From: Spongospora subterranea f. sp. subterranea | Lineage: Eukaryota | Reading direction: 5' to 3' | Assembly (NCBI GenBank): GCA_049724395.1 | Contig: JAUGWO010000055.1 | Location: forward strand, 1-64,000 | Length of the DNA: 64,000 nucleotides | Shown here: in pieces, positions 38,144-51,292 of the stretch | Layout of the letters: every line of letters starts with the position of its first letter | Numbering within the stretch: the stretch's first letter is position 1 | Made by a program: the position numbers and the translations under genes | Notes under the pieces: generated by a model | The model's input: only the letters and a program-made list of their open reading frames with translations | Told to the model about the DNA's origin: nothing | The model's database searches: none

Positions 38144-38731
38144 GGCGTTCGAGTTGGTAAATGTCTTGCCGGGCAAATGGCGATAAACCCAACTGAGTGG
38201 TAGGAAAGTCCGGTAACCAAGGTAGGGTGCGCAGCCATTTCGGGGGGGGGGGGGGCGGCCGGCGGGCATCAGAAAGGGTGACATCATTCCAGCACCATTT
38301 GAGGGTGAGGTGTGGGATTGAGAGCGCGCGCGGCGCGGGGCGTCAGAGTACGTCGGTATACAACGTCACGCATGACTTTAGAGACGTGGGAGTTTTGCGT
38401 TCGCGGGCCTGACTCCCGGTTTGCCCGCGGTACCCTCTGCAGTCCTGCTTTCAGTTTTTTTTTTTGACAAAGTCAGCGAAAACCATATAGTAACCGATTC
38501 GGCGTGCTGTGATTCTGAGGATGCCGTGTTCGACGCCAATTGCTGAAAAATTGGCAAATCCTCTGTTTGACGAGGGCGCTGAAACACCAACGCTCCAGGC
38601 GCGACCGCATGTTCTGCTTTCAATGATTTTCGACAAAGTCAGCGGACGCCCAACACTGAGCTGCCAAGTAGTTTCTCTTCGTGGAAAACAGCCACTTTTA
38701 TTTAGTGACGAGGTTGATCTGTGTTATCACA

Positions 38732-39074
38732 GATCATACACACGATGTCACGACCCGTAACAAATCATACACACGATGTCACGACCCGTAACAAATCATA
38801 ACCACGATGTCACGACCCGTAACAAAATCATACACACGATGTCACGACCCGTAACAAATCATAACCACGATGTCACGACCCGTAACAAATCATACACACG
38901 ATGTCACGACCCGTAACAAATCATAACCACGATGTCACGACCCGTAACAAAATCATACACACGATGTCACGACCCGTAACAATTCATAACCACGATGTCA
39001 CGACCCGTAACAAAATCATACACACGATGTCACGACCCGTAACAAATCATAACCACGATGTCACGACCCGTAAC
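38732..39074. repeat. 31-32-bp minisatellite, 11 units
   Basis: Invariant cacgatgtcacgacccgtaac, with linkers mostly alternating aa(a)tcataca and aaatcataac. Confidence 0.97.
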
Positions 39075-39449
39075 CGCAGTGCTGTACGGCCCGTATCACC
39101 ACGGAGAGATTACACCGGTTCATTGCCCAACAATGCGAATTATTGTAGATTTTGGTCTTGGATGATTGCTACAGTATACTCAATAAAGTCGATTGGATTA
39201 CCTGAGATTGAAATACCTGGGAACGGGGAACGAAAGGGAAATTGGCCAGGGAATCTGGAAACGGACGAGGACGGACGAAACTGGGCTAAGACCAGGAGAG
39301 AGAAACGGGTCTGAACCCGACAAGAAGGAGGTAAATCCAATTATTGAGCATAGGTGTAATCTCTCCCTGTTACGGGTCCTAACACACGATCATTAATCGA
39401 CTACAGTAATGTGGCGCTTCGACTTTTTTGACGTCGTCAACTCAATTTG

Positions 39450-40150
39450 GCATCGTTTTTCCTACCGATGACCATATGGTCTAGTGAACCGGTATTTTTT
39501 CAATTATGTGTATCTGAACCGCCTCTCTTCTTACCTACGATGTAGTGTTGTACCAGTCTAGCCCGTCGCTCAGGTACCTGTAATGGTTCTGTGTTTTGCT
39601 TCAGCGACTGTTGAGTTCAAACTTTACTGTAAAAGTTAACCTTGCAAAGTGCCCTTGATCACATGTGCGGTACTTGACATCAATCATGACGTTGGGTTCC
39701 CTCTCAAGAAACACCAATCCTACTGTCCTTCTAGCATTACTTCTTTTCACCAGTCTATACAAGAGTCTAATAGCTTCATGATCCTGAGTTTGCAATCGCT
39801 CTTAACCTGGTTCTGTATCTCTTCCGGACCATCGAATCCGACACCTCATTTGTATCAGTATTCATATGATTTTAATTGATTCTAAGCGGTTTTCACACGC
39901 TATTGTTGCTGTGTTACTTGTAAAACATCATTGAATCTCGCAAAATAATTTAGCATGTCTTCCCGGTTCCCACCGATCATTTACTGGTATATTATAGCAA
40001 CTTTGCTTCACTGTACTTGTCCTATTTAGCCCAGATGAGCGTTGGGAATTCTCGATCCTACGGCACGTGTAACTCAATTGGGCATTCGATACTGTGCTTG
40101 TTCCATAGCCGCGTTTTGCAGACTCCAATGGTGTCGTTGACAATTGCACT
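39450..40150 (-). mobile_element. Possible heavily decayed Ty3/gypsy RT remnant
   Basis: Faint spacing-compatible motifs across frames (EKK..KDSRIGV..; QVPH..ALCKVNFYSKV); very weak. Confidence 0.2.
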
Positions 40151-40332
40151 ACCCGTCACACACTGACCCCTCCCACATGCACACGTTTCCCTGTGGAGGC
40201 GCCTAAATGTGTGTAGTTAATTGCAGCTGTCACAGGTCGTCGGTAACATCCGCCATCTCTGGAACTGCATGCCCCCATGGCTTCTATGAGACGACGCAGC
40301 TCACCTCGTCATAACGTATTTCATCAATGTCG

Positions 40333-41992
40333 ATGAAGTTCCCAAACATGATCCGAAATTCGTTGCTCTGTGTGTCCCTGTCTTTGGGGATTTGCCAGGC
40401 TGTGTACGATCTCGACCTAGAATACGACACGAACATCACGTCATCGAATATCACCGCCAAGTGCGTCAACGGTTCTGTCGCCTTCAACGTTTTTTCGCAC
40501 AAGATTCTCAACTTTAATGACTCGTATTTGTGTGGGGTTCGTGCTGGTGGCAATGTGACCCGGTGCCCATACGGAACATGCTGCTCTGAATGGGGATTTT
40601 GTGGGCCCAGGTTCAGAAAAACTATACAACCCTTGGAGGCGTTGATTACAATGAAACGGCGTACTGTCGAAACAATTCCGGGGATTACAGGTTCATCAAC
40701 TGCTCGTTACCTGGTGCGGTACAAGTTATCCCACGACCACCAGAATCAAATTGCAGCTCGTTTGTCACCTCTCGCTCGCCGTCAAAAACTCCCGTTCCGG
40801 AACCTTTGCCGTCAACCGGTTCGAGTGAGACACCCACGTCAACTTCTGCACCGGTTACGGTCCCTACATCACCAACTGCAAGACCAACCTCTGCACCAGT
40901 TACCCGGTCCAAAAAACCAGCTACAAGACCAACCGCTGTTCCTGGTACTAGAACAAGAGCTCCAACTGCAAATCCAACTTCAGTACCTGTTACCGGATCT
41001 AAAGCATCTACTACCGGATCAACGTCTGGGTCGAAAGGGTCAACTACCGGATCTACCTCAGCACCTGTCACGGTTACCAGAGGGTCAACTACCGGATCTA
41101 CCTCAGCACCTGTTACGGTTACCAAAGGGTCAACTACCGGATCTACCTCAGCACCTGTTACGGTTACCAGACAGGGTCAACTACCGGATCTACCTCAGCA
41201 CCTGTTACGGTTACCAAAGGGTCAACTAAATCGTCAACTATAGGATCAACTACAGGATCAACTAAATCGTCAACAACAGGATCAACTACAGGATCAACTA
41301 AATCGTCAACTATAGGATCAACTACAGGATCAACTAAATCGTCAACAACAGGATCAACTACAGGATCAACTAAATCGTCAACTATAGGATCAACTACAGG
41401 ATCAACTAAATCGTCAACAACAGGATCAACTAAATCGTCAACAACAGGATCAACTACAGGATCAACTAAATCGTCAACTACAGGATCAACCAAATCGTCA
41501 ACTACCGGATCAACTAAGTCGTCAACTACAGGATCAACTAAATCGTCAACTACAGGATCAACTAAATCGTCAACTACAGGATCAACTAAATCGTCAACTA
41601 CAGGATCAACTACAGGGTCAACTAAATCGTCAACTACAGGATCAACCAAGTCGTCAACTACCGGATCAACTAAATCGTCAACTACAGGATCAACTAAATC
41701 GTCAACTACAGGATCAACTAAATCGTCAACTACCGGATCAACTAAATCATCAACTACAGGATCGACTAAATCATCAACTACTGGATCTACCCCAGCACCT
41801 GTTACGGGTACCAAAGCATCAACTACAGGATCATCCGCTCCGGCTACCGTCTCTACAGCAGCGCCCACTACTGCTTCACCAACTGCAACACCCACTACGG
41901 CTTCGCCAACTGCCGGACCCACTACGGCTGCTTCGCCAACTGCCGGACCAACCGCTGCACCTGTTACTGCTTCTACAGCTTCAGCCACGTGA
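40333..41992 (+). CDS. Secreted chitin-binding (CBM18/hevein-like) protein with Ser/Thr/Pro mucin stalk; two frameshifts (~40608, ~41172)
   Basis: Signal peptide MKFPNMIRNSLLCVSLSLGICQA; LCG..CPYGTCCSEWGFCG..AYC; many N-x-S/T sites; T/S/P-rich tail ending at TGA 41990-41992. Confidence 0.8.
41219..41790 (+). repeat. Coding tandem repeat (GSTKSSTT)n, 24-nt units with 12-nt GSTT subunits
   Basis: ggatcaactaaatcgtcaactaca repeated about 20 times. Confidence 0.97.
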
Positions 41993-42200
41993 TGGTCTTA
42001 GTGTGGGGTCACCTCGTTTCAATAAACTGTGTTTGTAACTTGTGAAATGAGTGGATAGCGGTGGGTGACGGGTCTGTGTAACATGGCTGCCATCGCTAAT
42101 GGGGAAACAGATTTTTCAGAACAATCAATAGATGCGAAGTGACGATTTTTATTACAATGTTGATAAGAAGCGAACCATGATGAGAATAGTACGAAATAAA

Positions 42201-44245
42201 TCAGATTAGCGCATTGATGGCCCGATCAATATCGGCTACGGTCGTCCTTATTTTCTGCGTGGAAGCGCGCACAGCATCGGAACCAGCATCCACCAAACTT
42301 TTGAGATTGGCGTAGACCGGGGCGATTTTATCGTAATCCTTGCGGATCACGGTTAGACGTTGAATCATATTGCGATTCGCTTGCAGAAAGGCGTCCATCG
42401 CCTGATGTAGACGATTAACCGATTCCAAACACGAACGCTTCCGCTCTAAGACTCGATTCAGCTTGTCCTGACCAGCAGCCACCAGCTTGGCGACGCGATC
42501 GTGTTCGCGTTGCGCGGCGATACGGAGTACGGCGCTATCGTTCTTGGCACGCTCCAGCGCCGTACCTTGCTGAACCGCTGTTTCCCATTGTCGACGGGCC
42601 GACGCAGCTCGCTCCCTGAGATCGTCGGTCGATTGCTCCTCGAGCTCTTTCAGCCGTTTGCGTTTCTGGTCCAGCTCCGAGGCGATACGACTCTGCCACT
42701 GTCGTTCGGCACTTAGATCTTTGTTCAACTTCACCAACTGCTCCAGGATCGGTCGTCGCTGATCGTTCATGAACGATCTATCGATCGCAAATTCAGAATG
42801 TTAATCGTGAAATTGGAACAGGTCTCTTACTTGACGACATCGGTAGGTGGGACCTCATTACTTCCGCACTTGGATTGCAGATCCTGTAGCGTCACCATTT
42901 TTCTCTCGGCTTCGTCCAGTGAGATCTGCATCATTCGCTTCTTATACCCCCGATTCTGAAACAACTTCATAACGTTAGACGATAGCCGGAACCCATTATC
43001 AACCGAGAAACTGCCTTTTAACTTCGGCGACAAAAAAAACAGTGCTGAAACACACGTTCATTGTGCAAATTATCATCATCGACTACCTGATCGATATCGT
43101 TCATAGTTTTGGCGGCGTCTTGAACCGAGTCGTCGTCATCTTCTTGGTAAGCGTTGAATTCCTTTTGTTGATCGGCAACGCGGACCTTGAGTTTATCGAT
43201 GGCGTCGGCGATCGAGTAACCGTCAACGAGACGCCGACGCTCTAGATAAAGCTCCAGCGCATTCAGACCTTTCTGGCGCGATTCCGAGATCGTCTTCAGG
43301 TGACTCAAATCCGCACTACATAAAAAAACCATTAAATTTCCAGAAACATAACAGAAATAATTCCAAGTGATTGGATATTCAATGGAAACGGAAGGTCAAA
43401 CTACAAAGGGTTTGAACGCCTTACGATTTGGTGGCGGATTCTGCTGCAATAACGGAATGTGCCTCGATCTCTCGGCGCAGTACGGTCATCTGCTGGGCGA
43501 TGAGCTTGGATTGTGCCTGGCTCTGGTTGGCCAAGTCCACAGCCCGCTCCATATCCTGTCGGGCCTTCACCACAGTCCCGTCAATCTGGTCGCGCCAAGC
43601 ACGTTCTGCGGCTTGAACCGCTTCCGTCAACCGATCCAATCCCGACTTCGCTTGTTGCAGCTCCGTACCCAAATCGGACACCGTTCTCTCATTCTGTTGG
43701 ATCTCCGCGTCGATTTCTTCGCTCAGCGCTTCTTCCCGTTTCATATCCTTCATATAAGACTTCAACGTTGGAGCCTTCCGCTCTAGCTCTCTGGAAATCT
43801 CTGTAAATTCCCTTCGTAACGACGCCGCTTTATTGCTCAGATCGGTGGATTGCATAATCGCTTCCTTAAACCGATTGCGAGCGGCCTCATGAGCGGTTAG
43901 GTCATTGACGAGGCTATATGCGGTAGATCCAAGCCGCTGCCAATCATCGTCATTATCATGTTGGATTTCGCCCTGTTTGGCGAATTGTTCGATCTCCATC
44001 AACCCATCACCAATGGCGCTATAGTCATCGATTATGCTCGTTACATCGTTCGTGATCGAGATGGGTTGCACAGCGCTGTTTGACGTTGAAGTGGCCAGAA
44101 ACACCCCGACGGCGACCACGATGAAGCTGACCAGAAACACAGCTGCCTGAACAACTGACGATGATCCAAGATGCTTTTTCGCTTCATCACCATCATCGTC
44201 ACGAGACGATATTCGCTCACGTAAGTATGCACTTGGGTCCTGCAT
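42201..44245 (-). CDS. Uncharacterised membrane-anchored long coiled-coil protein (multi-exon)
   Basis: N-terminal TM segment AAVFLVSFIVVAVGVFLA, then heptad-rich exons 43421-44245, ~43070-43320, ~42830-42960, 42201-42780. Start could be 44347. Confidence 0.7.
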
Positions 44246-45099
44246 CTGGGAAATCGACCAGAAACGCAGATCTGAAAGCCAACCCGGCCCGCGGACCAAT
44301 CCAAACTGCGAATAATCCGTGGTGACTGATTCATGAGATCCACCCATCCACGTTACCCGGGTCGGTTTGGACCCGGGTCGCCGACGGCGGTTTCACGTTA
44401 CACGGTTACAGTGCCCGTCGTTGATTGTGCTGCGTTACCGGGTCACCGCCATCAAAGGCGGCGTCGCTTGACTCGACCACGTTACTGATATTTGTTCTTA
44501 ACTGGGAAACGCGGCACGGTCGTACTATACAAGCCTCGCCCTAATGCTTAACGAGGAATGTCACCGTCGCCATGCCCACGCTATTCAAAATGTATTTTTT
44601 ACTTCTGGTTGGCTGGCTCGGCACATTAGCGATCACAGTATTTGGGCTTTGGTTAATTGAATACGAGACCACGAGGCACGCTTTGGTAGCTCCCCCAAAA
44701 CTACTTGATCGATTTCATAAATTTCTGGAATGATGTCGGTTTCCCGGAAAGGTTGATAATGCTGAACCCGACTCATCACCATGACGGCTTCTTTCCATTG
44801 TTCACGAAAATGGCCAAATTTCATTGCCTTTGATGTTGCAGATTCAACCGGGGTACGACAGTTCGACGAAGAAAATCCAACATAAAATAAATGCAGAGCT
44901 TTCGGGAACTGCGTCTTAACAGAATGTTAGGAAATCGCACATTAGCGCCAGAAATCGCTACATCGCGGGAGGGCCAGTACGTACTTCCCTAAACGGGCAC
45001 GTGGTCGTTATCCAGGGAAGAGTACTTGATAGCGATCGCGGCATACTTTTCTGGGCCGATTTCGACGCTGGGAGGAGTGACAACCTCGATCGCCAGCGT

Positions 45100-46702
45100 A
45101 TGGACGATTCGTCGGATATCACCAGCGGGTAATACTGCCCCGGGATACCCCTTGCCACCGGAATGTCCCCGATATTGACCCTGAAAATATAGCGGCGATG
45201 GCGCTTCCTCTATCGCTGTCGAACGAAACGGGTCTCTGTCTGGGAGGCTGAGAACGCCGTCCCCAGTTCGAAAAGTGAGTGCCGGATTTTGCTAAGTTCA
45301 ATCATAGATGGTTTGAAACGTCCAAATCGATAGTCGCGACGAAAACTGTCGACCCAGAACAAACAGTCGATAGCGTATGCCGATCTGCAATCGCTCTATA
45401 CCGATGTGCTACAGAAATACAAGGACGAGGTGAAGCAGAAGGGCACCGTGCTGCTGGACGCCAAACGCAACGAGGAGCTCTATCTGCGGAGGGAGAACCG
45501 GTTCCGCGAGCAGATTCAGAACCTGCAGATGAAGCTGGACGCGATCACGCAATCCCACGGGCAGCCGAACGCCGCGCAAGAGAGCGTCAATAAGATCAGA
45601 ATGATGCACACGGTTATTCAGGAGAATATCGGATTGCTCCAAGGACGAACAACGCAGGTGGAGCAGTTTTTCGTCTGACCCAGGTTTCCGAACGCGATTG
45701 GTGCTGAGTTTGCCGGTGTCAGGTGCTGAAGGATCAGGAGAAAGATCTGCTGAGGGCGTTCAAGACTCGGATGTGCGACGTCAACGAGGAGCTCGAACGG
45801 GAGCGGCGCAAGAACGAGAACGGGTCGTCGGAGTGGGTGCAGCGCTGCCACAAACTGACGGAGGAGCTCGAGTGGATGAAGGACATGACGTACCGGCTGG
45901 AGGAGCAGAACAAGCAGCTGGCCAAGGACAACAAGCGCCTGAAGAGCCAGATGAAGACCCAGGAAGAGGATCGCGAGTTCCTCATCAAACAGATCCTAAT
46001 CATCAAGAAAGATCAGGCGCGTCTTCGGGAAACGGCTGGCGCGTCGCCGAACCCGATCGAGACCAAGTCTCCAGCCATTTTTCCAACCGTAACCGAGCGG
46101 GCACGACCTAGCACTGCAATTTCTGCGTCGACAGATTCGGTCGAGCACAGGAAACCGGCCAGCGCTGCCCCGAGATCGCTCCCGAATCCATTGGGCACGG
46201 AGAAGCACTTCACCAACGCCATACGCCATCTAAAGCACGAGCTGGACCAGTCCCATCGGCAGGCTAAATGGCTCCAAGCCAAGCTAAACGAGCAGCTGAA
46301 CGGGCGTCAGGAACTACAGGAGTTCCTACGAACCTGCATTGACGACGTCAAATCCGAGATTCTGCTCCAAGGAGGCATCGGGAACAGGAACGAATCAACA
46401 GGTTCGTGAGCAACAGAGTTTTTCCCGTCAGTTCTCTGGATTTTTACGGGCGATGATCAGGGATGTTGGACTTCAATAAGGGCGAGCGATCAGCGGTGCT
46501 CAGTAGACTGTTCTCGCAGGAAACGACGCTGCAGACGTTCTACGATCAAATTAGCAGCAAACGCACCGCGAAATCGTCGCAATCGACGGCGGCGTTGAAC
46601 AGCGGTTCCCCATCCCGGCACAATCTGCAGGAAAACAGCCGTCCTAAAAGCGGCGCTGTCGTTTCCGGGTCAACCAACAACGATGGCACGGGAAGGCATT
46701 AA
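45100..46702 (+). CDS. Uncharacterised coiled-coil protein, possibly ciliary/basal body (multi-exon)
   Basis: GC-rich exons with GT-AG junctions: QEKDLLRAFKTRM..EEDREFLIKQI..KKDQARLRE; LQEFLRTCIDDVKSEI; FNKGERSAVLSRLFSQE. Start tentative. Confidence 0.7.
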
Positions 46703-46724
46703 ATATATATATTTGAGATTTTTT

Positions 46725-47955
46725 TCAACATGTGAATCGGGTAGCGCCATCTTCAGATTGTACTTGGCGTTGAAAATGTGTATAGAACTTCACGCGTTTA
46801 GGGTCGAGCCGTTTCAGCTTCTCGAACGCAGCGTCGATTCGGTCATCGGGATGGTCAACATCGCCAATCGCCAGCATCAGTCGAACTGCACTGTTGAATC
46901 AGATGAACGCGCTGTGTGGCGGACCACCACCTACCTAATGTGAGAAGAGCCCATTTACAATCAGGTTCCTGGTCGAGCAACTCTTGGATGGTGTTGAGTT
47001 CGCGAATCAGGGTGTCCCGGTCGGGGAACTGCTGGCACAGCCAGCGGTGGTAGAGCCAGGCGCTTTGGTCATCGGGCTCGATGAAGAACGCGTTCGACAG
47101 AAGCGCAAATTCCTGTCGGTACCGATCTGGGTCGAACACGATTTGCGGCAATAGTTTCGAGCGATAATGCCTTGGATGGAGATTGGCGTCAGATGATAAA
47201 GCTGATTACTGATCAAGACAAACCAGACCAGGCGCTGTAGTTGGAGAAATCCTCGTTGATTTTCACGGTTGTGAACTCAAACTCGGCTTCTGGGCTGATG
47301 TGAGCGATGGCGACGAGCGATCGGCGGTAATTCCAGCAATGGACTGCGATGTCATTAGAACTATACCCGGGTGTTGTCGAATCAACGATTACAGTTTCGT
47401 GAATCTAACTTGAGGAACGCGGCAGTGAGTGCGATTTCCTTGGCGATGTCGGAATAGCCGAGCTGGACAACCCACAGGCGATGGTGCCAGGTCACATATG
47501 ATTTTGGGTTGCGCTTGATGGCGCGTTCGACTAGACCGAGCTCATTCGCGATTAGTTCCGACAGATCACGTGACGGTGCGTCGCGATCGTAGCCAGCTCG
47601 CAATGGGGCGATGAGGGTCTGAATCACTTCGCGCCGGTAATTCCATCTGAGCACAATCGCCATGAGATCATCGGCAAAACATTAACGACATCCAAAAAAA
47701 AAATCACAGTGTATAAAATTCCGGGTTTATCTCGAGTATCTTGGCGGTAAGATCGAGAGCATGGTGAGTATGGGGTCTTGGCCGATTTCTACGAAAATCG
47801 TTCCGTTAAATTTGCCGAAAACAATGCTCCACACGCATTCGTACCACTACCATTACAGCGTTCTTCAGCTCGACATATTTGGCGATCTTTTTCCGCTTCT
47901 CAGCCTTCTGCAGTTCGGTGACGCTGGACGGATCCACTCGCCTGATGCCATGCAT
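46725..47955 (-). CDS. RABGGTA: Rab geranylgeranyltransferase alpha subunit (multi-exon)
   Basis: MHGIRR start; PPTA repeats WNYRRE, NPKSYVTWHHRLW, LDSRNFHCWNYRR, FSNYSAW.HYRS, NAFFIEPDDQSAWLYHRWL; ends LKRLDPKR..FY. Confidence 0.92.
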
Positions 47956-48899
47956 CGCCAACCAGGCCGGCAATGTAACCGAACTTACCGTGACTGATCG
48001 TTCGCGCCAGCCGAGCTACAGCGCAGTTTTACTGGACGTTGCGACAACGCCCTGCAAACACGGTCAACGCGCCTGGGTCCACACCAGTCTGCCTGGGCAC
48101 TTTAAGACAGGCCAGCACGAATTGACAACACCTGCAGCGACACGGGCGAAGGTGGCTACTCCATACCTGGAGAACAGGTTGCCCACTCTCCTACAATCGA
48201 ATGTGCTTGGCGTTCCCTTCGGAAAAACCAACAACACATATACCTTAATAATGCCTTGGGTTGGCTAGGCGTTAGGCACAATCGGAAATAGAGGGGAGAA
48301 GCCAAAACGAACCGACACCAGGCCGTGGGATCTACCACCTTCACGAAGAAGATCCAGGTCGTCAATATTCATCTTGTTCAGCGCGTCATTGCCCATTGAG
48401 GCACACATTGTCATCGAACGACTCAGTAAGAACAAGTTATATAAAATCGTTTTGTTATGAACCATTGACCGGAACTCATTGATGCGGATTGATACACTAA
48501 ATCTTTCGATGGACAGTTTGTTATTGGCGTCGAGACGCACGCGTCTTGGCCTGCGGAACCCCTGGCCTTGACACAAATTCGGCGACGACGGTCTCTCAAA
48601 ATTTTGATCAACAATGTTATCGTTAGCTTCATCAGTCAAACCGGAGCGTCTCCATTGTATACAGCGATTGGTTCCAAACATGTTCGGGTACCCCCGGTGG
48701 GAACCATGGCCTGGAGTATTCACCAGATCAAGTATTGTCCCATAATTAGGGGCTGATAATGGACCAGGTTGGGCAACGGCTGAAGGTTTCTGACCCGCAG
48801 TTGTATTTGAACTGGGCCCTCGTCGCACAAACCAAATGAGCAGCAATCACAACAACTTGAACTCTTGTGTGTCCATTGTCAGCGCCTATTCATTGGACG

Positions 48900-49872
48900 G
48901 CCTGATAGAGCTTACGATATGATGTTGATTAACATTCTTGGAGAACATCGTCGTAAAATCGTGCCAAGCACCGTACTCCAGGTCAGTTTTCCGCACGCCA
49001 AGAGTCGTGCGTTGCGACGCCAATAATAAGTGGCCATCGTAAGATTTGAGTATCAGTCCGCATCAGACAGTTCCAGTTAGATATCGGTTTGTGATCTCGT
49101 TGAACCATGTTGGATGCATAGGCGATGGGGATGCGGTTTCATCCCGCTACGCTATTCTTCAGTTTTCGTGGCAAATTCTCAAGAGAATCCCGGTAGTGAG
49201 GTTAATACGAACATTCGTATGAGTTTATTGACATATCAACCACTAAATGTATGAGATCAGATTTCGCTAACCTTGATGCATCCCGATGTAGTCAACTCGT
49301 GTGGCCGACAACCCTCTTGCGGTGGGCTACTACTGGTATGGGGAGATGGTATACCTGAACGCACAATAAGTTGACGGGGCCTCAGACTTTGATTTCTGTA
49401 TTACGAAAGGGGTACCTAGAGTCGTAGTATTGGTATAAACAACTATTACTGAAATGACAATATCCTACTTACTGGGGCAGGCGTATACCTGGCAGTTTAC
49501 ACCATCGACATTCTGTAAACTCTAGGGTTTCGTTCGGGTCTGGATACAATGATTACAGAAGATATCAAGCGACCTGCATACGCATTACTGGGCAGAGGCT
49601 GGCCAGCCTTGGCAGCAGCTGCAGCCACATCCTGAAGATATTTCTGATAATCCCTCCATGCCCTTGGGTGAATGTCTTGCGGTTTGTGTTGCTATTCCGA
49701 ACCATCATCGATGACCAGAAAAAACCCCACGAAGAGACAGTGTTCCTACCAAGATGGGTTCACCCGATCTCGGCGACTGCTGTGCTCGCCGAGTGAAGCG
49801 CCAGAGTCCTGCGCTCGCCAAAATCGACCCGAACATGCCCCCTAAACATACGGCCGCCGACACGACCACCAT
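48900..49872 (-). CDS. Orphan spliced gene, paralog A (3' part uncertain or degenerate)
   Basis: Exons MVVVSAAVCLGGMFGSILASAGLWRF.. | QHKPQDIHPRAWRDYQKYLQDVAAAAAK..PLPSNAYA | DPNETLEFTECRWCKLP, separated by ~40-70-nt GT-AG introns. Confidence 0.55.
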
Positions 49873-50325
49873 AACGATCAATACTGTCTATGGATGAGAT
49901 TTAACAGTATGAGACAGTGATCATAACAATGCCGTTCATAACCAGCTCGAACCGAGGATATGTTACGGGGATTACCGTGTTCGGGTGTAACAGCAACATC
50001 CCCAGAGTGGTCGACATCATTGTGCGACTGGCCGGTTCATGTCACGAAAACCTGTCGTTACGCACAGCGTTCGGCCATGGGTGAGGGGTATGCCCGGCTG
50101 GGCCACACAGGGGCAATGCTCCCTGGAACTGCCGCTGCCTGGGACTGACAGGAGCAGCTACGAACCACCGAGATTCAAAGGATCGGCGAATCAGAGAGTT
50201 GGTTCGAGCGAGTCGGAGGTTATGGGGTCGTGACTAGAAGCGCAATGCCTGAAGAGAATCAATCACTTCGTAATTGACCAGTGTTGTTCGACATCAGTTG
50301 AAAGGACCATCCATTCTAGCAGGTT

Positions 50326-51108
50326 ATGGAGGGAGGGATCGCAAGGGTCCCAAGTTTCAAGGGTGAAAACCTACGAGGTTGTGAGAACTATGCTACCTGG
50401 GCGTCGTCGTTTCGAGAATTTCTGATCCGCTACGACGCGGAGGCATTTATTGATAGTGCTGATCAAAATGAGTATGATGACGACGCAGTTGAGGCTCAAG
50501 TGTTCGCTGCATTGGTCGGGTCACTGGAACCGAGTGTCATCGTGGAAATTATGGGCATCGAAACCGCTCATGATGCGTGGACAATGTTGAGAAAGAGTTT
50601 TGCAAAGCAAAACACGGGGAAGATGGTCTTGCTCGCGAAACAGATGTACATCAAGGAATTCCGAGGTGGAGATTTGAAGGTTTATCTACAGGAGATGAAT
50701 CGCTTGTACCTTTCTGCAAAGGGAGCGGGTAGCAAGCTGAATGATGAAGAGTTCATCACGATCCTGCTGACGAATATAGTAGCAGAGCGATTGTCACCAA
50801 TGGTCACGATTATCGCCAATGAAGATCTGAGCTCCACTAGCGTCAGCCAAGTGTGCCATCGCTTACTAAAAGAAGACAAGCGACTGGAGGATATAAGAAA
50901 ACAGGCTCGACGGAACGACGAAAGCCTGTTGCACTCTCTGGAAACAGTTTGCCGAAAATGCTTTCTGTGCGGGAAGCTAGGTCACATTGCGGTGAACTGC
51001 AAATTATCTCAAAAGGAGTTCGCTTGGAAAGCGCAAGATGCCAACAACGGGACAGAACATCTGGTGTCTGCAAAGAGTAGCGGACAACGAAGAGTCTACT
51101 TGCAATGA
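50326..51108 (+). mobile_element. Ty1/copia gag ORF (260 aa), pol absent
   Basis: LRGCENYATWA..F; ETAHDAWTMLRKSFA; YLQEM; CCHC knuckle CFLCGKLGHIAVNC; PBS-like ggttatgggg at 50218-50227. Confidence 0.85.
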
Positions 51109-51292
51109 GGAATGTGGGGCGTTTCCACAAGATTTGAAACGAGCCTAAAAGCGACTTTTGACCAATATACAGTTGTGTTATTTCAAAGTTTGGCAGTAAT
51201 TGCGACAGAAACCGACATCGGAGACATAGAATGAGAAAGGTAAGTGAAATGGCGTGTATTCATACATTGCCCTTGAGGCACCAATTTATACA

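Noticed and set aside
38732..39074. CRISPR array
   Set aside because: Linkers are ~10 nt and repeat in two variants rather than being unique spacers; no cas genes; eukaryotic context.
41164..41988. 274-aa (DPVVDDLV)n ORF on the - strand
   Set aside because: Antisense shadow of the Ser/Thr mucin repeat on the + strand.
44350..44450. X-box-like gttac..ggtcac motifs in a divergent promoter
   Set aside because: Poor match to the RFX consensus; cannot be supported from sequence alone.
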